64,000 nucleotides of DNA from Polyangiales bacterium (GCA_044229975.1 JBGARZ010000006.1:32001-96000), one strand, 5' to 3'; shown: positions 1-10,327, counted from the first letter of the stretch. Notes: generated by a model from the letters alone, not told the origin. A program made the numbers and translations.

Positions 1-202
1 GGTCGTGGCGGTGCGGCGACCGCATCGCAACGCGCTCGCCCGACGTCACCTCGCGACCGCCGATGTACGCGCCGACCTCGATGGGCGTCGCCGCCATGGA
101 CGACAGCGTCCGCAGGAGCTCGTCGCGCTCGGGAGATCCCGGTGCGTACCCCCGCACCGACTCGTTGATCGCCGTCGGAACCTCGATGCTGCTCTCGATC
201 AT
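1..202 (-). CDS. pruA: L-glutamate gamma-semialdehyde (1-pyrroline-5-carboxylate) dehydrogenase, N-terminal part; runs off the left edge
   Basis: Manual translation from ATG at 202 gives MIESSIEVPTAINESVRGYAPGSPERDELLRTLSSMAATPIEVGAYIGGREV. The P..NE.V..YAPGSPER..L motif is typical of ALDH4A1/PruA N-termini. Not in the ORF track. Confidence 0.75.
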   Translation of the reverse strand, partial: MIESSIEVPTAINESVRGYAPGSPERDELLRTLSSMAATPIEVGAYIGGREVTSGERVAMRSPHRHD

Positions 203-310
203 AGGTGCGTGCACGGTACCAGCGACGGCGTGCGGACGGCGATCCACGGCGCCGCGATTGTGCTGCCACCCGCTTGCGCCACAGACCTCGGCTGCGTTGC
301 TATCCGGCGC

Positions 311-2425
311 GTGAAGACTCCCTCCTGGCTTGCCCAGTCCCTCGCCGTCTCGGCGGTGCTCGCCGCGTGTTCGCCCGAGGACAACGACCAGACCTCCTGC
401 GGCGCCGGCGTGGTGTGCCCGACCGGCGAAGACTCCGGCGTGCGGCGCGACGTCACGACGGGCGATGGTTCGAGGACCAACGACCTCGGCCGCGACGTGG
501 GCGTGGTGCGCGATGCCATCCCCATCCGCGAGCTGAGCCGCATCGTCATCGACCCGCCGATGGCCACCATCACCTCGCGCGACGGCGCCACCGCCACGCA
601 GACCTTCACCGTCGTCGGAACCTTCGACGACGGCACCTCCCGCCCCCTCGCCAACGGCACCTGGTCGCTGCCCACCACCCTCGCCGCCACCGTGGATTCC
701 GCGACCGGCGTCGTCACGGCCACCGGACGTGCGGGTGGCCTCGTCGAGCTGCGGGTGGAGGTTCCGAGCCCCATGCGCGCGCTCACCGCGACGGCCATGG
801 TGGATGTTCGCGTCGCCCGCAGCATGCTCGTCGATCGCCTCGTCCCCGACGTCGTCGAGAATTTCGCCCGCCCCGCCGTCGACGACGCCGCGCGCCGGGT
901 GACGCTGCACTATCCGCTCGATCGCGCGGTGATCCCGAGCAATCTCCCCGCGCCCGACGTGCAGTGGGAGGGCGGCAATTCGGGGGACGTCTACCGCGTG
1001 CGCGTGCAGAAGCCCCACGCCGACGTCTCGGCGTACCTCGCGCACACGGGCTCGGGCTTCGGCTTCCATTGGCTGGTCGACGCGGAGCTGTGGCGCACGC
1101 TGCTGGAGACCGACCCGGCCGCCCCGCTGTCGATCACCGTCGACCGCTGGGACAACGCCGCCAGCGAGCACATCGCCGGCGCGCCCGTCACCCTCAACGT
1201 CGCCCGCGCCGTGCTCTCCGGGACCATCTACTACTGGGACCTCTCGGCCGGTCGGCTCATGCGCCTCGACGCCTTCACGGGCGCACGCTCGCTCACCATC
1301 GCCAACCCCCCGGCGACCACCGGCAACAACCGCTGCGTCGCCTGCCACACGGTCTCGCGCGACGGCCGCTACCTCAGCGCCGAGCTCTGGGGCGGCGACG
1401 AACCCTCCGTCACCTTCGACCTCACCGCCGCCAACCTCAGCGCCGACCCGGCGCCCACCGTGTACGGCCCGACGTCCGATCTCCGGTACCTGTTCTCGAC
1501 CTTCTCGCCGGACTCCACGTACCTCGTGGTCAACCGCGGCAACACCATGCGCCTGCTCGACCGCGCCACTGGTGCCGTCGTCCCGGAGAGCGGCCTGCCG
1601 GCCGATCACGCCGCGCACCCCGACTGGTCGCCCGACGGCATGAGCGTCGCGATGGTCACCAACACCAACGGCGGCTGGGCCGTGGACTTCACCCGCGGCG
1701 ACGTGGCCATCGTCCCGCGGCTCACGGCCACCACCTTCGGGGCGCCGCGCGTCATCCACCGCGGCACCACCGAAGACATGCCCGGCGACGACGTCATCCG
1801 CGTCGACGCGCACCCGACCTTCTCGCCCGACAACCGCTGGATCGCCTTCCAGCACGGCACCAACTCCCGCGGCGGCAACGAGACCGCCCGCTACCCCGGG
1901 CGCCTGGAGATCACCTCGGTGGACTCCGCCGCCGACGCCGCGTCGACCGTGCTCGCCAACGCCAACGGGACGGGCGAGCCCAACTCGTACTGGCCGCAGT
2001 TCTCGCCCTTCGACGCGGGCGGGTACTTCTGGGTGGCGTTCTATTCGAGGAGGGATTTCGGCAACGCGCAGGTCGGGACGCGAGGCACCCGACGACGGCA
2101 GATCTGGGTCACCGCCGTGGCCAACCGACCGACCGCGGGCACCGACCCGTCGAGCGTCCCGTACTGGCTCCCGGGCCAGGATCCCGCGGAGGAGAACATG
2201 TCCGCGTACTGGGCCCCCGTCGCGTGCCGCCCCAACGGCACCGGCTGCGGCGTGTCGTCCGAGTGCTGCTCCGGGCTCTGCGATCGCAACGCCGAAGGGA
2301 TGTTCGTGTGCACCCCGCCGCCGCCCGCCATGTGCCGCCGCGAAGGGACGACCTGCACCACCACCGCCGACTGCTGCAACGGGCTCATGTGCTTCGGCAA
2401 CGTCTGCGGCCGCAACCCGGGCTGA
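311..2425 (+). CDS. Lipoprotein with Ig-like domain, TolB/PD40-like beta-propeller and Cys-rich C-terminus
   Basis: GTG at 311 gives a lipobox signal (VLAAC). HPDWSPDG and HPTFSPD propeller motifs, a CVACH motif, and a C-terminal CC..C knot repeat. Confidence 0.7.
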   Translation: MKTPSWLAQSLAVSAVLAACSPEDNDQTSCGAGVVCPTGEDSGVRRDVTTGDGSRTNDLGRDVGVVRDAIPIRELSRIVIDPPMATITSRDGATATQTFTVVGTFDDGTSRPLANGTWSLPTTLAATVDSATGVVTATGRAGGLVELRVEVPSPMRALTATAMVDVRVARSMLVDRLVPDVVENFARPAVDDAARRVTLHYPLDRAVIPSNLPAPDVQWEGGNSGDVYRVRVQKPHADVSAYLAHTGSGFGFHWLVDAELWRTLLETDPAAPLSITVDRWDNAASEHIAGAPVTLNVARAVLSGTIYYWDLSAGRLMRLDAFTGARSLTIANPPATTGNNRCVACHTVSRDGRYLSAELWGGDEPSVTFDLTAANLSADPAPTVYGPTSDLRYLFSTFSPDSTYLVVNRGNTMRLLDRATGAVVPESGLPADHAAHPDWSPDGMSVAMVTNTNGGWAVDFTRGDVAIVPRLTATTFGAPRVIHRGTTEDMPGDDVIRVDAHPTFSPDNRWIAFQHGTNSRGGNETARYPGRLEITSVDSAADAASTVLANANGTGEPNSYWPQFSPFDAGGYFWVAFYSRRDFGNAQVGTRGTRRRQIWVTAVANRPTAGTDPSSVPYWLPGQDPAEENMSAYWAPVACRPNGTGCGVSSECCSGLCDRNAEGMFVCTPPPPAMCRREGTTCTTTADCCNGLMCFGNVCGRNPG

Positions 2426-2481
2426 CCCTTCCACTCGCTGCGTCATGGACGGAGAGGCTTGGAAAGAAGCCCTCGGCCGGG

Positions 2482-2526
2482 TTGACAACGCGACGCGTTA
2501 GTCTAGACATTGACGCGTCGAGTCAA
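2482..2526 (+). promoter_or_regulatory. Putative sigma70 promoter with a downstream palindromic operator
   Basis: TTGACA at 2482-2487, a TAGACA-like -10 at 2504-2509, and TTGAC-N7-GTCAA at 2510-2526 just upstream of the 2535 ORF. Confidence 0.4.
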
Positions 2527-2534
2527 CGACGAAG

Positions 2535-2972
2535 GTGATGACCATGGAGACGCAATCGCAGGACACGACCTCGAAGACCCGCCTGGAAGCCGCGCGCGAA
2601 GCCGTGCTGGGCTCGCTGGCCCGCGCGAAGGAGACGTTGCAGGTGGCGGCGACGACGGTCCCGGCATGGGCGCGCGACGTGGAGCTGCGGGCGGGTGAGC
2701 AGGCCGACGCGCTGCTCGAACGGGTCGGCCTGGTGCGCCTCGCAAAGGTGAAGGCGACGACGGCGGCGCCCGCGGCGGAAGAGCCCGCGACGATCGAAGC
2801 GACGGCGCCGGCGATCGACGCGACGGAAGAGCCCGCGACGGAAGAGCCCGCGACCGAGCCCGCCGTCGAAGCTGCGACCGAAGCGCCCGCCACGACCGAA
2901 GCGCCTGCCGTGAGCGCGACCACGCCCGCCGAGACGACGCACGACCGCGGGGGCCGGCGCCGCCGTCGCTGA
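2535..2972 (+). CDS. Hypothetical protein with helical N-terminus and acidic ATEEP/ATE low-complexity tail
   Basis: ORF with a GC-rich third position and repeated ATEEP units, preceded by a promoter-like sequence. Confidence 0.65.
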   Translation: MMTMETQSQDTTSKTRLEAAREAVLGSLARAKETLQVAATTVPAWARDVELRAGEQADALLERVGLVRLAKVKATTAAPAAEEPATIEATAPAIDATEEPATEEPATEPAVEAATEAPATTEAPAVSATTPAETTHDRGGRRRRR

Positions 2973-3100
2973 TCGTCGGCACGCGTCGCGGAAGCCGCGG
3001 TCGCGCGCCTCGTCTCGGTTGTTGATTCCAGCGTGGGCAATGGTGTTCGATCGGCGCCGCCGGCCGGTTGTTGCACCGCCGCGCGGGAGTCACGACAGCC

Positions 3101-6094
3101 ATGAGATCACGTCACGTCTGGATTGTTCTGTCGGCCACGCTCGTCGCCATCGCGGGCTGTGATGGTCGAGCGTTGCTCGGTCCACCGACGGTGTCCGGTG
3201 ACGCGGCGGCTGACGTCACCACGCTCACCGACCTTCCGGCCCCCGACGGCGGCAACGACGTCACCACGCCGACCGACGTCCAGCGCACCGACGTCGCCAC
3301 CGACAGCGGCACGGATGGCGGCCTCGTGTGCGGCGCGGGGGAGACCCGCTGCGGCAGCGCGTGCGTCGACGTCGCCAGCGACCCCGCCAACTGCGGCGCG
3401 TGCGCCAACGCCTGTACCGCGGGTCAGGTGTGCAACGCCGGGGCGTGCGCGACGACCTGCGGCGCGGGCCTGAGCGCGTGCAGCGGCGCGTGCGTCGACC
3501 TCGGGTCGAGCAACGACCACTGCGGCGCGTGCGGCACCGCCTGCGCGGGCGGGACGAGCTGTAGCGCGGGCGTCTGCGTGTGCCCGGCGGGGACCACCCG
3601 CTGCGGCAGCGCGTGCGTCGACCTCGCCAGCGACCCGACCCACTGCGGCGCCTGCGCGACCGCGTGCACCGCGGGCCAGGTGTGCTCCTCGGGCGCGTGC
3701 GGCGCGACCTGCGCGACGGGCCTCACGGCGTGCAGCGGCGCGTGCGTCGACACCCGCAGCGACTCGTCGCACTGCGGCGGCTGCGGCGTGACCTGCACCG
3801 GCGGAACGAGCTGCGTCGGGGGTGGATGCGCGTGCCCGGCGGGGACGACCCGCTGCGGCGATCGCTGCGTCGACCTCACCTCCAGCGGCACCGACTGCGG
3901 CGCGTGCGGGACGGCCTGCGCGACGGCCCAGGTGTGCGCCGCGGGCGTGTGCGCGACGACCTGCCCGGCCGGGCGCCTCGCCTGCGGCCGCGACTGCATC
4001 GACGTGGGCTCCGACGCCGCCAACTGCGGCGCGTGCGGGGTGCGCTGCGCCGGCGGATCGACCTGCGTCGCGGGCACCTGCGCCTGCCCGACGGGCCAGA
4101 CGCTGTGCTCGGGCGTGTGCGTCGACCTGCGCACCGACCCCGCCCACTGCGGCGCGTGCGGGACGACCTGCGCGGCGGGCCAGGCCTGCGGCGCGGGCAT
4201 GTGCGGATCGACCTGCGCGGCGGGCACCACGGCGTGCGCGGGCTCGTGCGTCGACACGCGCACCGACGCGGCCAACTGCGGCGGTTGTGGCGTCGCGTGC
4301 ACCGGCGGGACGGCCTGTGTGGCAGGCACCTGCGGCTGCCCGATGGGGCAGATGGCGTGCGGCGGGATGTGCGTCGACACGCGCGCCAGCAACATCCACT
4401 GCGGCTCGTGCGGCAACCGCTGCGCGCCGGGGACGTTCTGCGCCAACGGCGGGTGCGCGTGCAACGAGGGGACGACCAACTGCGCGGGCATCTGCTCCGA
4501 CCTGCGGACCAACCCCGCCCACTGCGGAGCGTGCGGCAACGCGTGCGCCGCGGGGCAGGCGTGCAGCGGCGGCGCGTGCACTGCGACCTGCTCGACCGGG
4601 CTCACCCGCTGCGGCGGCGCCTGCGTCGACACGCAGAGCGACCGCGCCAACTGCGGCGCCTGCGGGACGGCCTGCACCGGCGGAACGGTGTGCAGCCTCG
4701 GGGCGTGCGTGTGTGATCCGGGGCGCACCAACTGCGGCGGCACCTGCGTCGATGCGCAGAGCGATCCGGCCAACTGCGGCGCCTGCGGGCGCGCGTGCGC
4801 GGCGGGCCAGACCTGCTCGGCGGGCGCCTGCGCGGCGGCCTGCGCGGTGGGCCTCACCAACTGCGCGGGCGCCTGCGTCGACCTGTCGAGCAACGGAACG
4901 AGCTGCGGGATGTGCGGTCGCACCTGCACCGGCGGCACCCGCTGCGTGACCGGCGCGTGCCAGTGTCCGGCGGGCCAGAGCAACTGCGGCGGGACGTGCG
5001 TGAGCCAGCAGAGCGATCCGGCCAACTGCGGCGGCTGCGGAACGCGCTGCGGCGCCGGGCGGGTGTGCTCCTTCGGGGTGTGCCTGATGGGCTGCGTTCC
5101 GGGGCAGACCCAGTGCGGCGGCGGGTGCTTCTTCACGCAGGTCGACGAGCGCAACTGCGGCGGCTGCGGCATCGCCTGCAACGCGGGTCAGACCTGCATC
5201 AACAGCCGGTGCCAGTGCCCGGCGGGCCAGACCCTCTGCGGCGGGGTGTGCGTCGACACGCGCACCAACAGCGCCAACTGCGGCGCGTGCGGGACCGCCT
5301 GCATGACCAACCAGCTCTGCTCGGGCGGCGTCTGCGGCGTGACGTGTCCGACGGGCAGCACGGCCTGCGGCGGCGCCTGCGTCGACACCCGCTCCAACGA
5401 CCGCAACTGCGGCGGCTGCGGCGTCGTCTGCACCGGCGGGTCGGCCTGCACCGCGGGCGCCTGCGCGTGCCCGGCGGGCAGCGCCCTGTGCAGCGGCCGC
5501 TGCGTCAACCTCCGCACCGACGCGCTCAACTGCGGCGCGTGCGGGACGGCGTGCACCGGCGGCGCGACCTGCACCGCGGGCGTGTGCGCGTGCCCGACGG
5601 GGCAGACCCGCTGCGGCGCCACCTGCGTCAACACGCAGACCAGCAACGCCAACTGCGGCGCTTGTGGGACGGCCTGCCCGGCCGGCCAGGCGTGCACCGC
5701 CGGGGCCTGCGTGGCGGCCTGCCCGATGGGCCAGACCCGCTGCGGAACCACCTGCGTCAACACCGGCACCGACGAGGCCAACTGCGGCGCGTGCGGCAGC
5801 ACCTGCGCGGGCACCTGCATGGGCGGTCGCTGCACGTGTCCCCTCGGCGAGCAGCTCTGCGGCGGTCGCTGCGTGGGCGTCATCGACGACCCGACCAACT
5901 GCGGGATGTGCGGTCGCGCGTGCCCGACGGGGCAGGCGTGCGTGGCCGGCTTCTGCACGGCGCGCTGCTTCATCCCGGGGCAGACGCTCTGCAACTCGAT
6001 GTGCGTCAACACGCAGGTCGACGCGGCCAACTGCGGGACGTGCAGCAACCGCTGCCCGGGCACCCAGATCTGCCGCGGGGGGATGTGCCGATGA
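3101..6094 (+). CDS. Lipoprotein made of 22 Cys-rich repeats (STIG1/MXAN_6577-like, C.D...D..NCG.CG..C)
   Basis: Lipobox IAGC after ATG 3101. I counted 22 [NHDS]CGxC units of about 42 aa. Confidence 0.85.
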   Translation: MRSRHVWIVLSATLVAIAGCDGRALLGPPTVSGDAAADVTTLTDLPAPDGGNDVTTPTDVQRTDVATDSGTDGGLVCGAGETRCGSACVDVASDPANCGACANACTAGQVCNAGACATTCGAGLSACSGACVDLGSSNDHCGACGTACAGGTSCSAGVCVCPAGTTRCGSACVDLASDPTHCGACATACTAGQVCSSGACGATCATGLTACSGACVDTRSDSSHCGGCGVTCTGGTSCVGGGCACPAGTTRCGDRCVDLTSSGTDCGACGTACATAQVCAAGVCATTCPAGRLACGRDCIDVGSDAANCGACGVRCAGGSTCVAGTCACPTGQTLCSGVCVDLRTDPAHCGACGTTCAAGQACGAGMCGSTCAAGTTACAGSCVDTRTDAANCGGCGVACTGGTACVAGTCGCPMGQMACGGMCVDTRASNIHCGSCGNRCAPGTFCANGGCACNEGTTNCAGICSDLRTNPAHCGACGNACAAGQACSGGACTATCSTGLTRCGGACVDTQSDRANCGACGTACTGGTVCSLGACVCDPGRTNCGGTCVDAQSDPANCGACGRACAAGQTCSAGACAAACAVGLTNCAGACVDLSSNGTSCGMCGRTCTGGTRCVTGACQCPAGQSNCGGTCVSQQSDPANCGGCGTRCGAGRVCSFGVCLMGCVPGQTQCGGGCFFTQVDERNCGGCGIACNAGQTCINSRCQCPAGQTLCGGVCVDTRTNSANCGACGTACMTNQLCSGGVCGVTCPTGSTACGGACVDTRSNDRNCGGCGVVCTGGSACTAGACACPAGSALCSGRCVNLRTDALNCGACGTACTGGATCTAGVCACPTGQTRCGATCVNTQTSNANCGACGTACPAGQACTAGACVAACPMGQTRCGTTCVNTGTDEANCGACGSTCAGTCMGGRCTCPLGEQLCGGRCVGVIDDPTNCGMCGRACPTGQACVAGFCTARCFIPGQTLCNSMCVNTQVDAANCGTCSNRCPGTQICRGGMCR

Positions 6095-7476
6095 AGGCGC
6101 GACGACGACTGGGCCTCGCGGCCTTCGCGGCCCTCGCGGCCACCGGACTGAGTAGCGGAGAAGCGGAGGCGCAGGTGCTCCAGCGCTTCACGCTGCGCGG
6201 CGAGCTCGGGCTCACGACCATGGTGACGGACGTCCAGCGCGACCTGCTGGGCTACGGCTTCGGCGCGCAGGGGACGCTGCGCCTCGGGTTCTCCATCATC
6301 GACCCGCTCGCGGTGCAGCTCTCGGCGGGCTACTGGCTCTTCCCGTCCGATCAGGGCAGCGGCTTCGGCACGCCCCTCACCGCGGGCCTGCGCTTCGAGC
6401 CCGCCATCTCGACGCTCGGCCGCCTCTTCGTCGACGCCAACGCGGGTGTCGTGCTCACGGGTGACCTCGCCCGCTTCGGCTTCGACGTGGGCGTCGGGTT
6501 CGAGTTCACGCTCAACCGATACATCGCGCTTGGGCCGATGGTTCGGTATGGGCACATCGTCGCCGACAGCACGGCCGACAACCCCACCGACGCGCAGTAC
6601 CTCTCCTTCGGCGTGTCCGTGGCGCTGCGCATCCCGCGCGCCGAGGCACCGCCGCCTCCGCCACCACCACCGCCTCCGCCACCGCCGCCTCCGCCCGATC
6701 GTGACGGCGATGGGGTGCTCGATGGGGACGATGCGTGTCCGACGGAGGTTCCGGGTGAGCACCCCGACCCGGCGCGTCGTGGATGTCCCGCGGTCGATGG
6801 CGACCATGACGGCGTCTTCGATCACGAAGACGTGTGCCCGACCGTCCCGGTCGGAGACATCCCCGACCCCGAGCGCCGCGGCTGCCCCGACGGCGACGCC
6901 GACGACGACAGCGTGCGCGACCACGCCGACCAGTGCCCGCAGGTGCCGCAGGGAACCCCTGGTGACTCCGCGCGACCGGGCTGCCCGGCGCCCGACCGCG
7001 ACGGCGATGCGGTCCCCGACGTGACGGACGCGTGCCCCGATCGACCGGGCGCGCCCAACGCCAACCCGCGGCAAAACGGCTGCCCCGGGCTCGTGGTGGT
7101 CACCGGCGGGCTCATCCGCATCAACCGCCCGGTGTTCTTCGCGACCAACAGCGACCGCATCCTGCCTGGCAGCAACGCCATCCTCCAGGCGGTGGCCGAC
7201 ACGCTGCGGCTCGCGACGCAGATCCGCCGCGTGCGGGTGGAAGGGCACACCGACAACGTCGGTACCGCCGAGCACAACACCGACCTCTCGCAGCGCCGCG
7301 CCGCGAGCGTGATGGCGTGGCTCACGCAGCACGGTGTGGAAGCCGAACGCCTCGAAGCGCAGGGCCTCGGTCCGACCCGCCCGCTGCGGCCCAACCTGAC
7401 CATCGCCAACCGCGCGATGAACCGTCGGGTGGAGTTCCACATCACCGACCCGGCGCCCGCGACCCCGCGGCGGTAG
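6091..7476 (+). CDS. OmpA-family outer membrane protein: N-terminal beta-barrel, poly-Pro linker, TSP3-like repeats, OmpA C-terminal domain (TraB-like architecture)
   Basis: ATG 6091 overlaps the upstream stop (ATGA). Signal peptide, DxDGDGV.D..D.CP repeats, and EGHTD...N..LS..RA and NRRVEF OmpA motifs. Confidence 0.9.
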   Translation: MKARRRLGLAAFAALAATGLSSGEAEAQVLQRFTLRGELGLTTMVTDVQRDLLGYGFGAQGTLRLGFSIIDPLAVQLSAGYWLFPSDQGSGFGTPLTAGLRFEPAISTLGRLFVDANAGVVLTGDLARFGFDVGVGFEFTLNRYIALGPMVRYGHIVADSTADNPTDAQYLSFGVSVALRIPRAEAPPPPPPPPPPPPPPPPDRDGDGVLDGDDACPTEVPGEHPDPARRGCPAVDGDHDGVFDHEDVCPTVPVGDIPDPERRGCPDGDADDDSVRDHADQCPQVPQGTPGDSARPGCPAPDRDGDAVPDVTDACPDRPGAPNANPRQNGCPGLVVVTGGLIRINRPVFFATNSDRILPGSNAILQAVADTLRLATQIRRVRVEGHTDNVGTAEHNTDLSQRRAASVMAWLTQHGVEAERLEAQGLGPTRPLRPNLTIANRAMNRRVEFHITDPAPATPRR

Positions 7477-7518
7477 CGCCCCCCGTCAGCGCGGGGGTAT
7501 ACCGACTCCCCCGCGCCG

Positions 7519-8841
7519 ATGGACCTCCAGCGAAAGCTCTCCCGCCTCTCCGCCGCGCGCGCCGCCAAGGCGCCTCCCGAGCCACCGCCCGAACCCGTCG
7601 CCGCTCCTCCTGAGGAGGCCGTGTTCGAGGCGTTGCGTGCGCAGCTCCAGCGCCGACGTGGTCGCCTTGCGCGTGCCTCGGTGGGGGCCGACGTCGCCCT
7701 CTTCCACGACGAGGCGCCGTGGCCCTTTGCGCCGACGGAGTCCGAGCACGGAACCCTGCACCGCTCGCGCACCCGCCTCGACGCGGCGGCGAAGCACGGC
7801 GCCGTCCCGGTGCAGCGTGCGTTGGCGGCGCGTGGTCCGTCGCTCGCGACGCTGTCGTTGGATGCGGCGCTCGGCGCGGTGGACGTCGGGCGCGCGCTCT
7901 TCCTCGACACCGAGACCACCGGGCTGTCGGGCGGATCAGGGACCATCCCCTTCCTCGTCGGCCTCGCGTACTTCGAGGACGACGAGCTCGTGGTGGAGCA
8001 GCTCTTCGTCGATGATCCCGACGCCGAGGCGGCGTTGCTCGCGCGCGTCGCGGGGCGCATCGCGGAGGCGTCGGCGCTCATCACCTTCAACGGCAAGAGC
8101 TTCGACCTGCCGTTGCTACGGTCGCGCTTCGTGTTGTCGCGGGTGGCTGCCCCGACGGCGCCGCCGCACCTCGACCTGCTGCACGTGGCGCGGCGCATCT
8201 ACGGGGCGCGGGTCGATCGCTGCTCGCTCACCAGCCTGGAGCGCGACGTGCTGCGCTTCGAGCGCACCGACGACGTCGCGGGCGAGGAGATCCCCGAGCG
8301 CTACCGGCGCTATCTGCGGGAGGGTGATCGGGCGGGGATCGTCCCCGTGGTGCGCCACAACCTGTGGGACCTGGTGGCGCTCGCGGCGCTGACGGGCGAG
8401 CTCGCGGCGCGCGTGGCGCGGGCGCCGTCGGAGGGGCGCTTCGAGGTGCACGACCATGTGGGCATGGCGAGGACCTCACTGCGGGCGGGCGACGCGGCGG
8501 CGGCCATCGCGCACGCGAGCGACGCGGTGACGCACGGCGAGGCGGGCGCGGGATCGTCGCGCGAGGCGCACCTCATCGCGGCGCAGGCGCACCAGAAGAC
8601 GGGCGACGCGCAGAGCCGGTGTGGTCGGCTGCTGGACGCGCTGGCGCACGCGCCGGGCGACGCGGGCATCCACCTGGAGCTGGCGCGCTGCTACGAGAAG
8701 GACCTGGATGACCCGCACGAGGCGCTGGTGCACGCGCAGCACGCGCACGGGGCGGAGGCGCCGAGCACGCTGGCGAAGCGGGTGGCGCGGCTGACGAAGC
8801 GGTGCCGGCAGGGGGTTCAGTTGCGGCTGCCAGGGTTTTGA
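7519..8841 (+). CDS. RNase H-like (YprB/RNase_H_2, MrfB-like) exonuclease with C-terminal TPR-like helices
   Basis: FLDTETTGL, ITFNGKSFDLP, HLDLLH and HN..D DEDD-type motifs. Confidence 0.85.
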   Translation: MDLQRKLSRLSAARAAKAPPEPPPEPVAAPPEEAVFEALRAQLQRRRGRLARASVGADVALFHDEAPWPFAPTESEHGTLHRSRTRLDAAAKHGAVPVQRALAARGPSLATLSLDAALGAVDVGRALFLDTETTGLSGGSGTIPFLVGLAYFEDDELVVEQLFVDDPDAEAALLARVAGRIAEASALITFNGKSFDLPLLRSRFVLSRVAAPTAPPHLDLLHVARRIYGARVDRCSLTSLERDVLRFERTDDVAGEEIPERYRRYLREGDRAGIVPVVRHNLWDLVALAALTGELAARVARAPSEGRFEVHDHVGMARTSLRAGDAAAAIAHASDAVTHGEAGAGSSREAHLIAAQAHQKTGDAQSRCGRLLDALAHAPGDAGIHLELARCYEKDLDDPHEALVHAQHAHGAEAPSTLAKRVARLTKRCRQGVQLRLPGF

Positions 8842-8869
8842 GCGGGCGAGCTCGCCGGCATCGCGGCGC

Positions 8870-10327
8870 TCACAGGTGGAGCGCGGGCGAGGCGACCGGG
8901 CGGTGTCGGTGAGCGGTGAGCACCTCGTCGACGCGCACGAGGCGGCGCACGAGGGACTCGATGGGCTCGTGCACGAGCGTCATGCGAAACGACGCGTGCC
9001 CGCGCGTGATGGGGAGGCCGAAGGCGTTGCCCGGGAGCACCGCGATGCCATGGCGACAGAGGAGCTCGAAGAGCTCGATGTCCGTCCCGGGGAACACCTC
9101 CGGGTCGACGCGCAGGAGGCACACGTTGCCGATGTCGTCGTTGACGCACTCGGAGAACGCCCGCGACTGCCGCACGAAGGCGCGCACGCGATGGATGGCC
9201 TCGCGCTGGAGCAGGACGGAGGCGTCGAGGTTGCGGCGGAAGCGCTCGACGAGGCGCGTGTCGGTGATGCGCTCGAGGGCCTGCGCGCGGTCGATGCGCT
9301 GGCCCCAGCCGAACATGCCGTCCTGGAGGAAGCGCATGTGGTCCTCGGCGAGGGTTTCGCCTGAGGCCTCGACGGCGCGGAGGAGGAGGTTCACGCCGAA
9401 GAGGGCCATCGAGAGGGGGTTGGCGCTGTTCTCGGCGACCCAGGCGTGCTCGCGGCAGGGCTCCTGGAGCCGCGGATCGCCGAACCAGTAGCCGATGCGG
9501 TAGCCCGCGAAGAAGGGCGTGTCCTTCGACGGGCCGTAGAACTTCACCACGTAGTCGAGCCGGTCGGTGTGCGCGAACACCTCCTCGAAGCGCCGCCCGT
9601 AGACGAGCTCCTGGTAGATGTTGTCGACGAGCAGGAAGATGCCCTCCTCCTGGCAGAAGCGCACGAGCGCGCGGAGGTCGTCGAGGCGCTCGCCCTCGTA
9701 GGTGGCCTGCCCCGGATTGTTCGGGTAGGTGAGGGTGATCTGCACCGTGCGGTCGGTCACCGCGGCGGCGATCTCGTCGAAGGTCGGGAGGTAGCCGTTG
9801 GCGGCGCGCGCGTGGACGTACCGCGGCGTGAGCCCGCGCATGTGGCGGTGCTGCGCGGCGCACACCGGGTAGTTGGGCACCGGCACCACCACCTCGGGCG
9901 CGTCGTTGGCCCGCGGAAACACCGCCTTCGGGAGCCGCGCGATGGCGTTCATGACGCCCATGATCGCGCCGGTGGTGCCCGTGCCGCATCCGACGCCCGC
10001 GCCCTCCACGAGCGCGCGGTTGACCCGCTCGCGGTGCGGGCTGTGGCGCTGGAGGCGCGCGTACTCGAAGTACCGGATCAGCGCGCCGAGCTCGGGCCCG
10101 CCGTCGGGCGACGCGTAGCCCGACTCCAGCGCATGGATCGCCGCCACGTCCGAGACGCGCAGCACCTCGGGGAAGTGCCCGAGGGAGAAGTTCATGCAGT
10201 CGAGCGGCGCGAGCGCGTTGCGCCGGTCGAACATCACGCCCCAGTACTGGATCATCCGTTGGTAGGCGTCCATGCGTTGGAGGTCGCCGTCGAATCGTCC
10301 CGCGAGGCTGTGGAGGGTCTGCGTCAT
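8870..10327 (-). CDS. PLP-dependent aminotransferase, class I/II
   Basis: YPNNPG, DNIY, SK..FAGYRIGY and VLPG..F fold-type I motifs. Start uncertain (10327 or 10357). Confidence 0.8.
   Translation of the reverse strand: MTQTLHSLAGRFDGDLQRMDAYQRMIQYWGVMFDRRNALAPLDCMNFSLGHFPEVLRVSDVAAIHALESGYASPDGGPELGALIRYFEYARLQRHSPHRERVNRALVEGAGVGCGTGTTGAIMGVMNAIARLPKAVFPRANDAPEVVVPVPNYPVCAAQHRHMRGLTPRYVHARAANGYLPTFDEIAAAVTDRTVQITLTYPNNPGQATYEGERLDDLRALVRFCQEEGIFLLVDNIYQELVYGRRFEEVFAHTDRLDYVVKFYGPSKDTPFFAGYRIGYWFGDPRLQEPCREHAWVAENSANPLSMALFGVNLLLRAVEASGETLAEDHMRFLQDGMFGWGQRIDRAQALERITDTRLVERFRRNLDASVLLQREAIHRVRAFVRQSRAFSECVNDDIGNVCLLRVDPEVFPGTDIELFELLCRHGIAVLPGNAFGLPITRGHASFRMTLVHEPIESLVRRLVRVDEVLTAHRHRPVASPALHL

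Noticed and set aside
3330..6090. Regular ~126-bp DNA periodicity as a possible CRISPR or non-coding array
   Set aside because: It is fully explained by in-frame Cys-rich protein repeats. There are no identical repeats with unique spacers and no cas genes.
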